From a virus: 64,000 bases of DNA. Within the stretch, counting starts at the first letter, position 1. Each line of letters opens with the position of its first letter. The notes under the pieces are model-generated. The model saw only the letters and a program-made list of their open reading frames with translations, did not search any database and was not told the DNA's origin. The stretch spans positions 1 through 64,000 of the IMG/VR virus record IMGVR_UViG_3300045988_177228. One strand, given 5' to 3'. This document shows, piece after piece, positions 46,477 through 56,101 of the stretch. A program made the translations under genes and the position numbers.

Positions 46477-46565
46477 AAGTTGGCACTTTCGACACGGAAA
46501 GTTGGCACTTTCGACACGGAAAGTTGGCACTTTCGACACGGAAAGTTGGCACTTTCGACACGCTT
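46477..46565. repeat. iterons: 4 tandem copies of a 22-bp direct repeat (aaagttggcactttcgacacgg)
   Basis: Perfect head-to-tail repeats at 46477, 46499, 46521 and 46543, plus partial ctttcgac. Confidence 0.85.
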
Positions 46566-46599
46566 TCGACCCGAAACGCCTACTCCCATAAGGGATTCC

Positions 46600-46800
46600 G
46601 ACACCTGCAAAAGGTATACAAAAGGTTACAAAATATATTAATAACCCTTATATTCCCTTCTTTTTAAAAAAAACAGGTTTTTTCAAAAAGAAGCAAAAAT
46701 CAAAAATCAGAATAAAACCATTTTTCGGATTCCATGTTTGGTCAGGTCTAAACCCGCTCACAGGGTATCCTCAATGCTTTTAGAAAAAATCAAGTCAACG
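46600..46800. other. AT-rich stretch next to iterons (candidate DNA-unwinding element of oriV)
   Basis: ttaataacccttatattcccttctttttaaaaaaaacaggttttttcaaaaag etc., far more AT-rich than the window. Confidence 0.5.
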
Positions 46801-46991
46801 TGAACGTTTAGGCATGTCCGAATGCTTTCGAAGGAAGAGAGAAAAAGAAAAGTTCCGGAAAAAGAAAAACAGAGAAGCCGACACCGGCGGCGGACACTTT
46901 TCTGAAAACCTCGAAGACGGTGAAATCAACCTCCGATGAACGGTAGACTGGAGGATGCAAGTCAGACGAAAAACGGATTCGGAGCGGGACT

Positions 46992-48272
46992 GTGTTCGGA
47001 AGCAAGAAAGACAAGAACGGCAAACAGCCGATGGGTCAGCAGAAGGCGAAGCAGAACCCGAACAATGAGACCGACCTGTTCGCTGACGAAAAAGAACGCA
47101 AGGACGAGATAGAACTCACCGCGTGGAAGAAGGCGTTGAAGAACACCCAGAAGTGGAAGGTTCTCATCATCCTGTTCATCTGCACCGGTCTGGTCGCTCC
47201 GATGGTTTCCGTCCGCGCAATCAACACGTTGAACGAAATGGGTTCCTACCTGACGGAGAAGTACAAGGAAATCAGCGGCGACAAGCCCGGCAAGCAGGTC
47301 GCATTGCAAGCCGTGTACAGTTGGCTGGATGATGACAAGGGCGCTTTCCAATACGGGTATGCGAACCTGTGGTGGAATGGTGCCACCGAGGTCAGCACAT
47401 CCACTTCGGACGATTCCAACGGTTCTATCACCCAGTATTGGAGCCATCAGATGTCCCTCACCGATAAGTCGGATGGAAGCACGAGGGATATCACCCAGCT
47501 TGTCGCCGTCACCGACGGAGTGGCTACTGCGGTGGGGACGCCGACCGTGCTTCCAAAGACCGTCACTTCGAACAGCAATACGGACACGTACCGTCCCGAC
47601 GATTACATTCAGCTTGACCAGAACACGAGCCTGACGAACGTGGTCAGCGCTTGGTCTAAAGCGTACATCGGCAAAGACTCCAACGCTTTGACGGTTCTTG
47701 TCGGAGACCCGAACAGCGACCACATGTATCAACCCGCAAGCTTGGGTTCTTATCTGAACTCGTCCCTCGACTGGCTTGTGCAATGCACCAAGGACGGCAA
47801 GACCGTTGACAAGCAGAACAAGTCCGACAATCCCGAATGGGCGGCGGCGAGCGTCAGCATCTCGTTCAAACCCTACGAGAAGAAGGTTGATGCAAGCACG
47901 GCCAACGACCCGAACGCGGACACTGGTTCAACGAGCGACGTGGAGACGAGCGTCACCGTCCTCATCCATAATCCGACCCGTGGTAGCGCGAAAATCGTTG
48001 ACTGGGGCGCCGAAGGCAGTCTGACCACGTTGAAGGCGTTCAGCAATGCCATTGACCGTTCGCTGATTGGCTCTTCCAACAGTGATGACGATGATGATTC
48101 TTCCGATTCCAGTTCATCGGATTCCGATAGCGGTTCCGGTGATGACGGTTCCGACAATGACGATTCCGACTCCTCCGATTCGGATTCGTCAGACAACAAC
48201 AGCAGTAGTTCATCCCAGAATTCCGATGACGGTTCCGTAACCGGCGACCCCAATGAGGGTCCGAACGACTAA
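46992..48272 (+). CDS. membrane-anchored protein with Asp/Ser-rich acidic C-terminal tail (426 aa)
   Basis: N-terminal TM VLIILFICTGLVAPMVSV, extracytoplasmic body, C-terminal DDDDDSSDSSSSDSDSG low complexity. Confidence 0.65.
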   Translation: MFGSKKDKNGKQPMGQQKAKQNPNNETDLFADEKERKDEIELTAWKKALKNTQKWKVLIILFICTGLVAPMVSVRAINTLNEMGSYLTEKYKEISGDKPGKQVALQAVYSWLDDDKGAFQYGYANLWWNGATEVSTSTSDDSNGSITQYWSHQMSLTDKSDGSTRDITQLVAVTDGVATAVGTPTVLPKTVTSNSNTDTYRPDDYIQLDQNTSLTNVVSAWSKAYIGKDSNALTVLVGDPNSDHMYQPASLGSYLNSSLDWLVQCTKDGKTVDKQNKSDNPEWAAASVSISFKPYEKKVDASTANDPNADTGSTSDVETSVTVLIHNPTRGSAKIVDWGAEGSLTTLKAFSNAIDRSLIGSSNSDDDDDSSDSSSSDSDSGSGDDGSDNDDSDSSDSDSSDNNSSSSSQNSDDGSVTGDPNEGPND

Positions 48273-48290
48273 TCCGAAAGGAAAACTAAA

Positions 48291-48425
48291 TTGACAGGAC
48301 ATAACAAGCCCAGTGAGGGTGACAAGTTCGCCGAGTTCATCAACAGCAATGGCCCGTTGACCGGTGCGATTATCGCCATCGCGTTCATCGTGTGTCTCGT
48401 CATCAGCATCATCTTGAACCTGTGA
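48291..48425 (+). CDS. possible small membrane protein (44 aa)
   Basis: TTG after aaaggaaaa RBS. One TM helix. Below track threshold. Confidence 0.25.
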   Translation: MTGHNKPSEGDKFAEFINSNGPLTGAIIAIAFIVCLVISIILNL

Positions 48426-48469
48426 AGCGGAACTTGTTTTTTGGAGCAGGAAATGGTTGAGGACATGAT

Positions 48470-49780
48470 GACGATAGTTCACACCTACTCGTGCAGGTTG
48501 TACGGGCTGCGCCGTTACAGGAAGGCGTTCGACCTTATCGGCAAGGACGGCACATGATGGCCGTCATGCGCCGCGCGTTCAAAACCCGATTGAACGTGAA
48601 CAACAAGACAGGGAATATGCTCGCACGCTGGTGCGGCATCTCCAGACTGGCATACAACATCTGCCTGATGAAATGGAACATGGACTATCGGGACGGCGTG
48701 GCGAAACACAACTACTACAGCATCAAGAAATGGTTCAACAGCGTCAAGTACGAACGGTTCCCGTTCATCAAAGAATGCTCGAAATGGGTGCCGGAAGCGG
48801 CAATCAAAGACCTGCAAAACGGTTTTACGAACCTGTTTCAACATCGTGGCAACCATCCGAAACTACACCGCAAAGGACATAACGACTCGTTCCGTATCGA
48901 CGGCAGTGTTGTCAAAATCGACGGTCGGACAGTACGGCTGCCCAAAAAACTCACCATAAGAATGATGGAAAGGATACCCCATGAACGGAGGATAACGAAA
49001 ATCAACAACATCACAGTTAGCCATAAGGCGGGCCTATGGTTCATCAGCGTCAACTACGAAACCGATATGAGCGTGTGCGAAAACCAAGCCACGGGAGTTG
49101 TCGGAATCGACTTGGGGGTGAAGACCTTGGCGGTCTGCTCGGACGGTCTGACGGTGAAGAACCCGCACGTCCTACGCAAGCGCGAACGACGCAAGAAACA
49201 CTTGCAACGCATCGTCGCACGCAGGAGGAAAGGCTCCAAGAACCGTCGCAAGGCCGTAGCGCGTCTCGCACGCTACGAATACCATACGGCTTGCAAACGT
49301 CGTGACTGGCTACACAAGGCGACACGGACGATAGCGGACGAGAACGCCGTATGCTTCATGGAAGATTTGAACGTGAACGGCATGCTCAAAAACCACCGTC
49401 TCGCCAAATCAATAAGCGACGGCAGCTTCAACGAATTCAAACGCCAACTCTCATACAAGACGCAGGTGCGGAACATCGACCGCTGGTATCCCAGCAGTCA
49501 AATCTGCTCCCGCTGCGGCATGAGGAAACCCATGCCGTTACCCGAACGCACTTACGAGTGCGAACGATGCGGACTCACTCTCGACAGGGATTTGAACGCC
49601 GCGTTGAACATTCTTCAAGTAGGGATTGCGAACTATCCCGAACTTATGCCTGTGGAGGGTGACAACCACCTGAACGCCATCGGCGCGACCGATGTTGCGA
49701 CGGCACCCCGTGAAACAGGAATCGACCATCAAAAACTGCATGAGCAGCTATGAATAAGAATCGAAAGGCAGGTTTCCTAT
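48470..49780 (+). mobile_element. solo IS200/IS605-family IS1341-type element (tnpB only)
   Basis: tnpB with no adjacent tnpA. Ends approximate. Confidence 0.55.
48554..49753 (+). CDS. tnpB: TnpB (OrfB) RNA-guided nuclease
   Basis: N-terminal wedge/helical region, RuvC-like motifs, C-terminal zinc finger CSRCG...CERCG. ATG at 48554 (MMAVMRR). Confidence 0.85.
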   Translation: MMAVMRRAFKTRLNVNNKTGNMLARWCGISRLAYNICLMKWNMDYRDGVAKHNYYSIKKWFNSVKYERFPFIKECSKWVPEAAIKDLQNGFTNLFQHRGNHPKLHRKGHNDSFRIDGSVVKIDGRTVRLPKKLTIRMMERIPHERRITKINNITVSHKAGLWFISVNYETDMSVCENQATGVVGIDLGVKTLAVCSDGLTVKNPHVLRKRERRKKHLQRIVARRRKGSKNRRKAVARLARYEYHTACKRRDWLHKATRTIADENAVCFMEDLNVNGMLKNHRLAKSISDGSFNEFKRQLSYKTQVRNIDRWYPSSQICSRCGMRKPMPLPERTYECERCGLTLDRDLNAALNILQVGIANYPELMPVEGDNHLNAIGATDVATAPRETGIDHQKLHEQL

Positions 49781-50804
49781 GGCTAAGAAGAAAGGCGGCA
49801 TGTCCGCCGGTTCGTTGATTGGCGGCATTCTGGTCGTGTTGACGGCCATGGTGCTCATCGTGAATCTGGGATTGTGGACTCCCATGTCGAAGATTTTCGG
49901 ATTGCCGGAAATCAATGACTTGTCCCAGTTGATGCCGGGTGAGGATTCCAAGGTGAAACCGGATGTGAAATTGGGGTTGAAGGAGCCTTCCTTGAAGTCG
50001 TCCGGCTCCAATTCGCAAACCAATACTCCAGAAGCCACAGAAACGCCCTCAGAAACGACGCAGACACAAAACGGGGATAATTCCTCAAGTCAAGCACAAA
50101 AAGCCTCTACAAGCGTTCCTGAAGGTGCTTTAAGCCCCATCACCACGAAACAGGCGCTTGACAAACTCGCTGACATCGAAACCGCAACCCCGCACACCAA
50201 AGGATACAACCGCAAAACCGACTTCGGCACATGGCAGAACAGCAACCAGCTCTGCGGTTACGGCACCACCCGCGACTACATCCTCAAACGCGACATGACC
50301 GACGTGACCATGGACAAGAACTGCAAGGTGCTCACCGGCACCCTCCAAGACCCATACACAGGCAAGACCATCAAATTCCAACGCGACACCTACGAGACCA
50401 TCAACGGCAAACAGAAGAAAACAGGCGGAGACAGCATGGCCGTCCAAATCGACCATGTGGTGGCGGTCAACGACGCTTGGGCCAGTGGACTGTGGAAGGA
50501 CTCGCGTAAGGGCGACCGCATCACCTACGCGAACGACCCGGAAGTGCTTGTCGCGTCCGAAGGTGAGGCAAACAACATCAAACAGCAGGGCGTGAACCTC
50601 GTGAAGGATGATGCCTTGAACGGTTCCTCGACCAAGTGGAAGGACGCAACGCCCAGCATTTGGCTCCCGTCCAACAAGACGTACCAATGCTCGTATATGG
50701 CTAAACGCGTGTACATCAAAGACAAGTACAAGCTGTCCATGAGCAGTTGGGAGAAGGCCGAAACGAAAACGTTCCTCACGCAATGCGTTGCAGATGAGAA
50801 CTGA
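49779..50804 (+). CDS. membrane-anchored DUF1524/HNH-like extracellular nuclease
   Basis: ggtttcctATG. N-terminal TM, Ser/Thr-rich linker, C-terminal IDHVVAVNDAW His-Me finger-like motif. Confidence 0.55.
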   Translation: MAKKKGGMSAGSLIGGILVVLTAMVLIVNLGLWTPMSKIFGLPEINDLSQLMPGEDSKVKPDVKLGLKEPSLKSSGSNSQTNTPEATETPSETTQTQNGDNSSSQAQKASTSVPEGALSPITTKQALDKLADIETATPHTKGYNRKTDFGTWQNSNQLCGYGTTRDYILKRDMTDVTMDKNCKVLTGTLQDPYTGKTIKFQRDTYETINGKQKKTGGDSMAVQIDHVVAVNDAWASGLWKDSRKGDRITYANDPEVLVASEGEANNIKQQGVNLVKDDALNGSSTKWKDATPSIWLPSNKTYQCSYMAKRVYIKDKYKLSMSSWEKAETKTFLTQCVADEN

Positions 50805-51327
50805 TAGCCTGTTTCTCCATGCGACCCGTCGCCCGTAAAGTATGGTTATAGATTCCATATGAGGGCGGCGGGTTGTCTTTTTGTATGAGAGATAAGGGTT
50901 TGCAATGTCCGATGTCAAAAAAAATTCAGAGTACGAAATTGAAAACTATGACGAACATGTAAACGCGGTAGGAGATAGCTCTGCACCTGTTTCTCTCCTC
51001 TTGGGAATAGGTGTCGGTGGTTTTGACGAAAAAGATTACAGAGATTATCTGGAAGAGAAAAACACGCGTTGAACCCCTTGTCAGAAAAATTTTTCCTGTT
51101 TTTCCGGTTTCTCGCTCGATGAATGTTCGAGGTCGTTTACTGTGACAGTTGAGACCGGGTTTTCGTGGTATATCTTCCACCATCTGGTTTCTTCCCCGGT
51201 CTCTGTGGAAAGCTCCTCTCGGGGAGTGTGTTTCGGGTTCCGCCACCCGTGTGTGGATTCTTTTTTGGGTGGCGGAACCATTTTCTTTCCTAATTGGCAT
51301 TGTGGCGATTCGAGAAGAGAATGATGT

Positions 51328-51349
51328 TATACTAGAAGCGTTCACACAA
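51328..51349 (+). promoter_or_regulatory. M1-box copy (ttatactagaagcgttcacaca)
   Basis: 30 nt upstream of ATG 51380. Confidence 0.65.
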
Positions 51350-51379
51350 TAACAGAAAAAGCCAGCCAAGGAGAAAAAC

Positions 51380-51751
51380 ATGAGCAACTACTTCAACAGC
51401 ATCGAACATCAAATCAACCTCATGCTCGACAGGGAACAAGACCTCCAAGACGAACAGGAACAGCGTCTACGGGACATTCACGACGGCATTGGGGACTACG
51501 TGCTGTTGCCCGAAGGCGACCCGTGGAACATCGATGACTACGAGCAAGACCCACGGCCCACCAACGTCAACAACACTTGCAGTCACGGACTCTATGTTGA
51601 CGAAGGTGTGAAATCTGGAACCATGTATCATCTCAACCCCGACCTTGGACTGTGGGCGGCTTGTGACGACTACGAGGACATAGAAAAAATGGTCAGGGAA
51701 GGCAAGACGCTCACCCAGCCCATTGACGATTACGATTCGAAGCTCGCCTGA
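51380..51751 (+). CDS. acidic hypothetical protein (123 aa)
   Basis: aaggagaaaaacATG. Confidence 0.6.
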   Translation: MSNYFNSIEHQINLMLDREQDLQDEQEQRLRDIHDGIGDYVLLPEGDPWNIDDYEQDPRPTNVNNTCSHGLYVDEGVKSGTMYHLNPDLGLWAACDDYEDIEKMVREGKTLTQPIDDYDSKLA

Positions 51752-51795
51752 GAAAGAATTTTTCCTACAACCTTCCTTGTTTGCGAAAAACTACG

Positions 51796-51819
51796 TTATA
51801 GTGGAACCAGTCACAAACA
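51796..51819 (+). promoter_or_regulatory. M1-box copy (ttatagtggaaccagtcacaaaca)
   Basis: Upstream of TTG 51835. Confidence 0.55.
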
Positions 51820-51834
51820 AGGAAGGTTTCTTTT

Positions 51835-52167
51835 TTGAACACCGAAACGGACATCACGGACAGTCAAAACCAACAACGTTCCCGTCCGCGCAAAGACCTT
51901 GACACCGTAGGCGGATTCCTTGACTCCTGCAAGGACGAGACGCCAATCCTGCTTTACTTCAACACAAACGACGGAATACAAAGAATCCCCCACATCCTAG
52001 GAGACCCGCCTACCGTCGGACAACTCCGACTCAACAAATATCTGCGGCCACTGAAAATCCAACGAAGAGTCCGCTACCAGATTGCCGGAACCAGCGACAC
52101 CGGCTGGGTCATCCGGGTCGATGAACGATTCAAGAAAAAGAAATACGTCAAAGCGTCGAAAGCCTGA
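51835..52167 (+). CDS. hypothetical protein (110 aa)
   Basis: TTG start after aaggaaggtttc RBS. Confidence 0.45.
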   Translation: MNTETDITDSQNQQRSRPRKDLDTVGGFLDSCKDETPILLYFNTNDGIQRIPHILGDPPTVGQLRLNKYLRPLKIQRRVRYQIAGTSDTGWVIRVDERFKKKKYVKASKA

Positions 52168-52192
52168 ATCCTTGGAATATCAGAACAACACC

Positions 52193-52921
52193 GTGAACAA
52201 AAACTGCCTATACTCCAACGGAGACCGGGAAGCGGTCTTGCAGACCATCTTCCGTAGGGGAGTCCTCCCACAGGTCGTGGTGTACGCGCTCGGACTACTG
52301 GTGGCGGTATGGCTCCTCGCATATTCGAACTCCCTGACGGGAGGATGGAAAATCATCTTCCTGTTCCTGTCCATCCTGAACTTCGTGTCCGGAATCCGTG
52401 GACTTGTCAAGGTCGGCGTCAACTGGACGACGCTCCGTGACTGCGCGTATCCGAACATCGACGCGAACGCGGCTGAAACATGGGATTTGGCGGTATGGCT
52501 CGCCAACAGTCCGCAATTCGGAGGAACCCCAATCCGGGATATGCGACAGCAGGAACTACGTGAGGCATTGGATGAGTACGGGACACTGTTCCAAGCGAAC
52601 AATCCCGAAGACGTGACCGTCCAACTGAACCGGTTGGAACGGCTCATGCACGAAGTGGATTGGACGGGCCAATACGTTCATGCGCTCCTTCTATTCCGAC
52701 AGTTGAAAGACTCGCATCTCAAATATTGGAGCCAACTGGACGAAGCCTACCGTCAAACGTTAATAAAACTGACGTCAGGCATGCGTTTGGAAAACCTAAG
52801 CGAAGACGTGCAACTCTCCCCACACCGCATGGTCATCTTGGACGGATTGCAGATTAACTGCGGACTGCATGGTACCGCAGGAAAATACACCGTCGGCTAC
52901 GAGGACGGCGGAGTCCTGTGA
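52193..52921 (+). CDS. membrane protein (~240 aa), start uncertain
   Basis: In-frame GTG at 52193 after previous stop (52167). Alternative ATG 52121 overlaps the upstream gene. Two TM helices then soluble domain. Confidence 0.45.
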   Translation: MNKNCLYSNGDREAVLQTIFRRGVLPQVVVYALGLLVAVWLLAYSNSLTGGWKIIFLFLSILNFVSGIRGLVKVGVNWTTLRDCAYPNIDANAAETWDLAVWLANSPQFGGTPIRDMRQQELREALDEYGTLFQANNPEDVTVQLNRLERLMHEVDWTGQYVHALLLFRQLKDSHLKYWSQLDEAYRQTLIKLTSGMRLENLSEDVQLSPHRMVILDGLQINCGLHGTAGKYTVGYEDGGVL

Positions 52922-53235
52922 ACTATCAGATGCTACGGGACGCTCGCACCGGACGAATCCACCTGTTCTCCAACAATTGTTGGATGCTTAGGGATTGGGT
53001 GGCGAAAAACATCGGATTGGACGAGAACGGCGTAGCTCTCATACGCAGACTCGACCTGTTGGAAATGGAAAAATACTCCACCAAAATGATGGACAATCCC
53101 GAATCGTCCAGTGAGGAATACTGGCAAGCCAAAACCATGCATGACGGCATCGTCAAAACGTTCGAGGAACTATCACCTGTCGCACGAATCGAATACTGGG
53201 ACTGTTTTAACGACACTCCCGTCAACATCCTCTGA
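52918..53235 (+). CDS. hypothetical protein (105 aa)
   Basis: GTG overlapping previous stop. Confidence 0.5.
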   Translation: MNYQMLRDARTGRIHLFSNNCWMLRDWVAKNIGLDENGVALIRRLDLLEMEKYSTKMMDNPESSSEEYWQAKTMHDGIVKTFEELSPVARIEYWDCFNDTPVNIL

Positions 53236-53273
53236 TTTTAGAAAAAAACACAAAACCTCTGAAAGGAGCAGCA

Positions 53274-53717
53274 TTGGACGAACAATCCTCCACCCAACGT
53301 TTCCGTGTTCTCATGGCCGGTATCAGCGAAGGTGAGACCAGAATCCTCTACAACATCGAAAAAGGAAGGTTGACCGCCGACATTCTCAAAAGCAACATCG
53401 GCAGACGACTGCTGGATGCCGGACTCATCCGACGTAACGGGCAATCGGCCCCGTCCCTCACCAAGGATGGCATACGTCTCGTATCCACGCTCGCCCAAGG
53501 CGAGGCAGACCGTCCAATCCGACTATACGAGCGCAACGGCGAAACGCTGCTCCGCCAAGCCGGACAGGGAACGGCCAACGCATACAAGACCGGTTTCGAA
53601 AACGCCGCCATCGAACTGCTGAACGACAAGCTGGTTCGCCTCGACATCGCAACAGGTGCTCTGACGCTGCTTCCTGCGGGACGGGAACTATTGGAACGAC
53701 TGGAGCAGACGTCTTGA
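53274..53717 (+). CDS. hypothetical protein (147 aa)
   Basis: gaaaggagcagcaTTG start. Confidence 0.5.
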   Translation: MDEQSSTQRFRVLMAGISEGETRILYNIEKGRLTADILKSNIGRRLLDAGLIRRNGQSAPSLTKDGIRLVSTLAQGEADRPIRLYERNGETLLRQAGQGTANAYKTGFENAAIELLNDKLVRLDIATGALTLLPAGRELLERLEQTS

Positions 53718-54670
53718 AGCCTTGGTTCCAAGACGACACGCTGACGCTCTATCTGGGCGACGCATCGTCCGTGCTTCCCGATTTGCCCGACGGAAGCGTC
53801 GATTGCATCGTCACCAGTCCGCCGTACTACGGGTTGCGTCAATACACGGATTCCGAACTGGAAATCGGACGCGAACCCACACCCGGCGGCTATGTGGAAG
53901 ACCTCAGCAAAGTATTCCGCGAATGCAGACGAATCCTAGCCGATGACGGCACGCTCTGGCTGAACTTGGGTGACACGTACTCCACGCCGAACCTGTGGGA
54001 CGGCGGCGACGAGTCGGAGACCAGCATCGGATTGCACGGACATGCGCAGAAACCGAACGGCAGAAAACGTCCAGACCGTCCGGCGAAGAACCTGCTCGGC
54101 ATCCCGTGGAGAGTGGCGTTCGCATTGCAGGATGACGGTTGGATATTGCGCTCGGATATCATTTGGGGAAAAACCAATCCCATGCCGGAAAGCGTGAAAG
54201 ACCGTCCAAGCAAAAGCTACGAGCATATTTTTCTATTCTCCAAAACCGAAAAATACTATTACGACTACCAGTCCGTAAGACAACGGCAGTCGGAGAAAAC
54301 CATTGAGGATTTAGCTCACCGGCATACGCTCGGCAACAAAAGCGCATATGGTGGCGTCCGCGAGGATTTGGGAAGAGACCGTAGGGAATACGTGGCATCG
54401 GACGGCAGACGAAACCTACGCGACGTGTGGATGTTGCCGACCCGCCCGTATGCGGGAGCGCATTTTGCGGCTTTTCCGTTGGATATTCCCCTCACATGCA
54501 TTCAGGCCGGTTGCAAGCCGGGCGGCGTGACGCTCGACCCGTTCAACGGTTCCGGTACCACCGGGTTGGCGGCTGCGATGCTGGGGTGTAGGTATGTCGG
54601 TGTTGATTTAAACGAACAATATTTGGAATTGAGTCTGCGAGACCGTCTGAATCAGCCTGCGTTCGTATAG
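53714..54670 (+). CDS. DNA methyltransferase, beta-class amino-MTase (N4-C or N6-A)
   Basis: Motif IV VTSPPYYGL before motif I LDPFNGSGTT. TTG overlapping previous stop. No adjacent restriction endonuclease recognised. Confidence 0.85.
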   Translation: MKPWFQDDTLTLYLGDASSVLPDLPDGSVDCIVTSPPYYGLRQYTDSELEIGREPTPGGYVEDLSKVFRECRRILADDGTLWLNLGDTYSTPNLWDGGDESETSIGLHGHAQKPNGRKRPDRPAKNLLGIPWRVAFALQDDGWILRSDIIWGKTNPMPESVKDRPSKSYEHIFLFSKTEKYYYDYQSVRQRQSEKTIEDLAHRHTLGNKSAYGGVREDLGRDRREYVASDGRRNLRDVWMLPTRPYAGAHFAAFPLDIPLTCIQAGCKPGGVTLDPFNGSGTTGLAAAMLGCRYVGVDLNEQYLELSLRDRLNQPAFV

Positions 54671-54684
54671 GAGATTGGAAAAAA

Positions 54685-54888
54685 ATGCTGTCGTTATTAT
54701 CACAACAGAATGTGCTTATCGCATTGGCTGTGGGAGCTATCATATTGGCGCTCATGTTCCTTGTGTCCGCATTGGAAGACTTGTTGGGTAGTGATACGAG
54801 ACTAGGGGAGTTGTGCGGTCGCAGGAACCTGAGATGGGCTGTGGTCATTCTGACCATCGTGGCGGTTCTCACGGTAGTGGTCATCTGA
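54685..54888 (+). CDS. small membrane protein (67 aa)
   Basis: gagattggaaaaaaATG. Two TM helices. Confidence 0.45.
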   Translation: MLSLLSQQNVLIALAVGAIILALMFLVSALEDLLGSDTRLGELCGRRNLRWAVVILTIVAVLTVVVI

Positions 54889-54896
54889 CTTTTCTG

Positions 54897-54926
54897 ACTG
54901 GGGCGGCGTCGAGTCGCCCCTTTTTT
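54897..54926 (+). terminator. rho-independent terminator
   Basis: GGGGCGgcgtcgagtCGCCCC followed by TTTTTTATTTT. Confidence 0.75.
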
Positions 54927-54975
54927 ATTTTCGGAATCGTGGATTTGAGTTTTCAGGCAATCACTTAACCTATGC

Positions 54976-54997
54976 TATATTGGAATCGTTCACATAA
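54976..54997 (+). promoter_or_regulatory. M1-box copy (ctatattggaatcgttcacata)
   Basis: 20 nt upstream of ATG 55017. Confidence 0.65.
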
Positions 54998-55016
54998 GCA
55001 GACGTAAAGGAAAACC

Positions 55017-55274
55017 ATGAACCAAAAAGTCCTCATCGCTCTCAACAACGGAGCGAAACGTATCGTATACCGTGACGACCTCTGCCACGAGCTGGCCGAC
55101 CTGCTCCGGCTCTACCTGCACGCCGACGCGTTGCCGGGAACAGGGGAACGTTGGGAACTGTTGAGGACGCTTGCATCCACTCTCATTGGTCGCGCTGTCG
55201 AAAAAGGGCTTTTTGAGGACTGCGCCCGCGTGAACGTGTATCCGGTTTCTTTTCAAATGGTTCAGCCTGATTGA
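55017..55274 (+). CDS. hypothetical protein (85 aa)
   Basis: aaaggaaaaccATG. Confidence 0.55.
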   Translation: MNQKVLIALNNGAKRIVYRDDLCHELADLLRLYLHADALPGTGERWELLRTLASTLIGRAVEKGLFEDCARVNVYPVSFQMVQPD

Positions 55275-55293
55275 CGTATTCAACAAACTGAGT

Positions 55294-55317
55294 TACAGTG
55301 GAACTGTTCACACATAT
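55294..55317 (+). promoter_or_regulatory. M1-box copy (ttacagtggaactgttcacacata)
   Basis: 22 nt upstream of ATG 55339. Confidence 0.65.
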
Positions 55318-55338
55318 AGACCCAAAGGAGAAAACCAA

Positions 55339-55602
55339 ATGACCGTCAACGAACTCATAGAACAATTGAAGAACCTACCCAAGGAAGTATGCGAACAACC
55401 CATCATGAACGGCAAGCCGAACGTAGGCTACCGGCTAGCCGGTCTTCACGCAATTTCAGCCGCCAAGGTCATTGTATCCGACGACGGCGTTTGCAACGTG
55501 TACGACCCGGAGCTTTCCGACGAGGAAAACGTAACAGAGTTGGAAAACCGATATGGCATGCCAATGCATGTCGAGCATCGAGTGCTGGCGTTCTTCGATT
55601 GA
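55339..55602 (+). CDS. hypothetical protein, MTVNELIEQLKNLP family member 1 (87 aa)
   Basis: aaaggagaaaaccaaATG. N-terminus paralogous to the 57386 and 57610 products. Confidence 0.6.
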   Translation: MTVNELIEQLKNLPKEVCEQPIMNGKPNVGYRLAGLHAISAAKVIVSDDGVCNVYDPELSDEENVTELENRYGMPMHVEHRVLAFFD

Positions 55603-55612
55603 GAAAGGTTCT

Positions 55613-56074
55613 ATGAAAATGGACGCGCACACTCCTATCAATATTCCCATCCGTCTCGAACAGTGGCTCAAAGGCGACAACGTTTTAGATGTCGAAACAA
55701 TCATCATCGACGCCCGGCCAATCCTAGACGCAACCGATTTCGACAATCTTCCCGAATGGGAGGATTGGGATGCGGACTTCATCGCGGAGGACGCTCAAAG
55801 AATCGGACTGCTGAAAATGTGGTCTGGGCCATTCACGGTCGAACTGTTTAATTGCGACGAGTATCCCGACTATCTCGAATGGCGTAAAACCCATAAGACC
55901 ATTGAGGGTGCCGCAGAACATATCCTCGACTTGAGCAAGAAGGAATTGCAACGGCGAATCGAAGAAACCAAGAAGCAACTCGACAAGTATGTTAGCCAAT
56001 ATGAGGCATTATGCGAGGAACAGTATCCGCGTCAAACTTCTGGAACGGAACTGGTTGGCAGACTACTCGTCTAA
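55613..56074 (+). CDS. hypothetical protein (153 aa)
   Basis: gagaaaggttctATG. Acidic. Confidence 0.55.
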   Translation: MKMDAHTPINIPIRLEQWLKGDNVLDVETIIIDARPILDATDFDNLPEWEDWDADFIAEDAQRIGLLKMWSGPFTVELFNCDEYPDYLEWRKTHKTIEGAAEHILDLSKKELQRRIEETKKQLDKYVSQYEALCEEQYPRQTSGTELVGRLLV

Positions 56075-56101
56075 CATCCGAAGGGAAAAAGGAAAGCCAA
56101 A

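Noticed and set aside
46339-46539. 66-aa ORF on the minus strand
   Set aside because: Lies entirely within the 22-bp iteron array and upstream promoter of the rep gene. Repeat-derived, not coding.
46477-46565. Possible CRISPR array (regular direct repeats)
   Set aside because: Repeats are contiguous with no spacers, only about 4 copies, and sit upstream of a Rep gene. These are iterons, not CRISPR.
50926-51387. 153-aa minus-strand ORF
   Set aside because: No RBS. Lies in the promoter region (including M1-box 51328) of the plus-strand array. Composition atypical.
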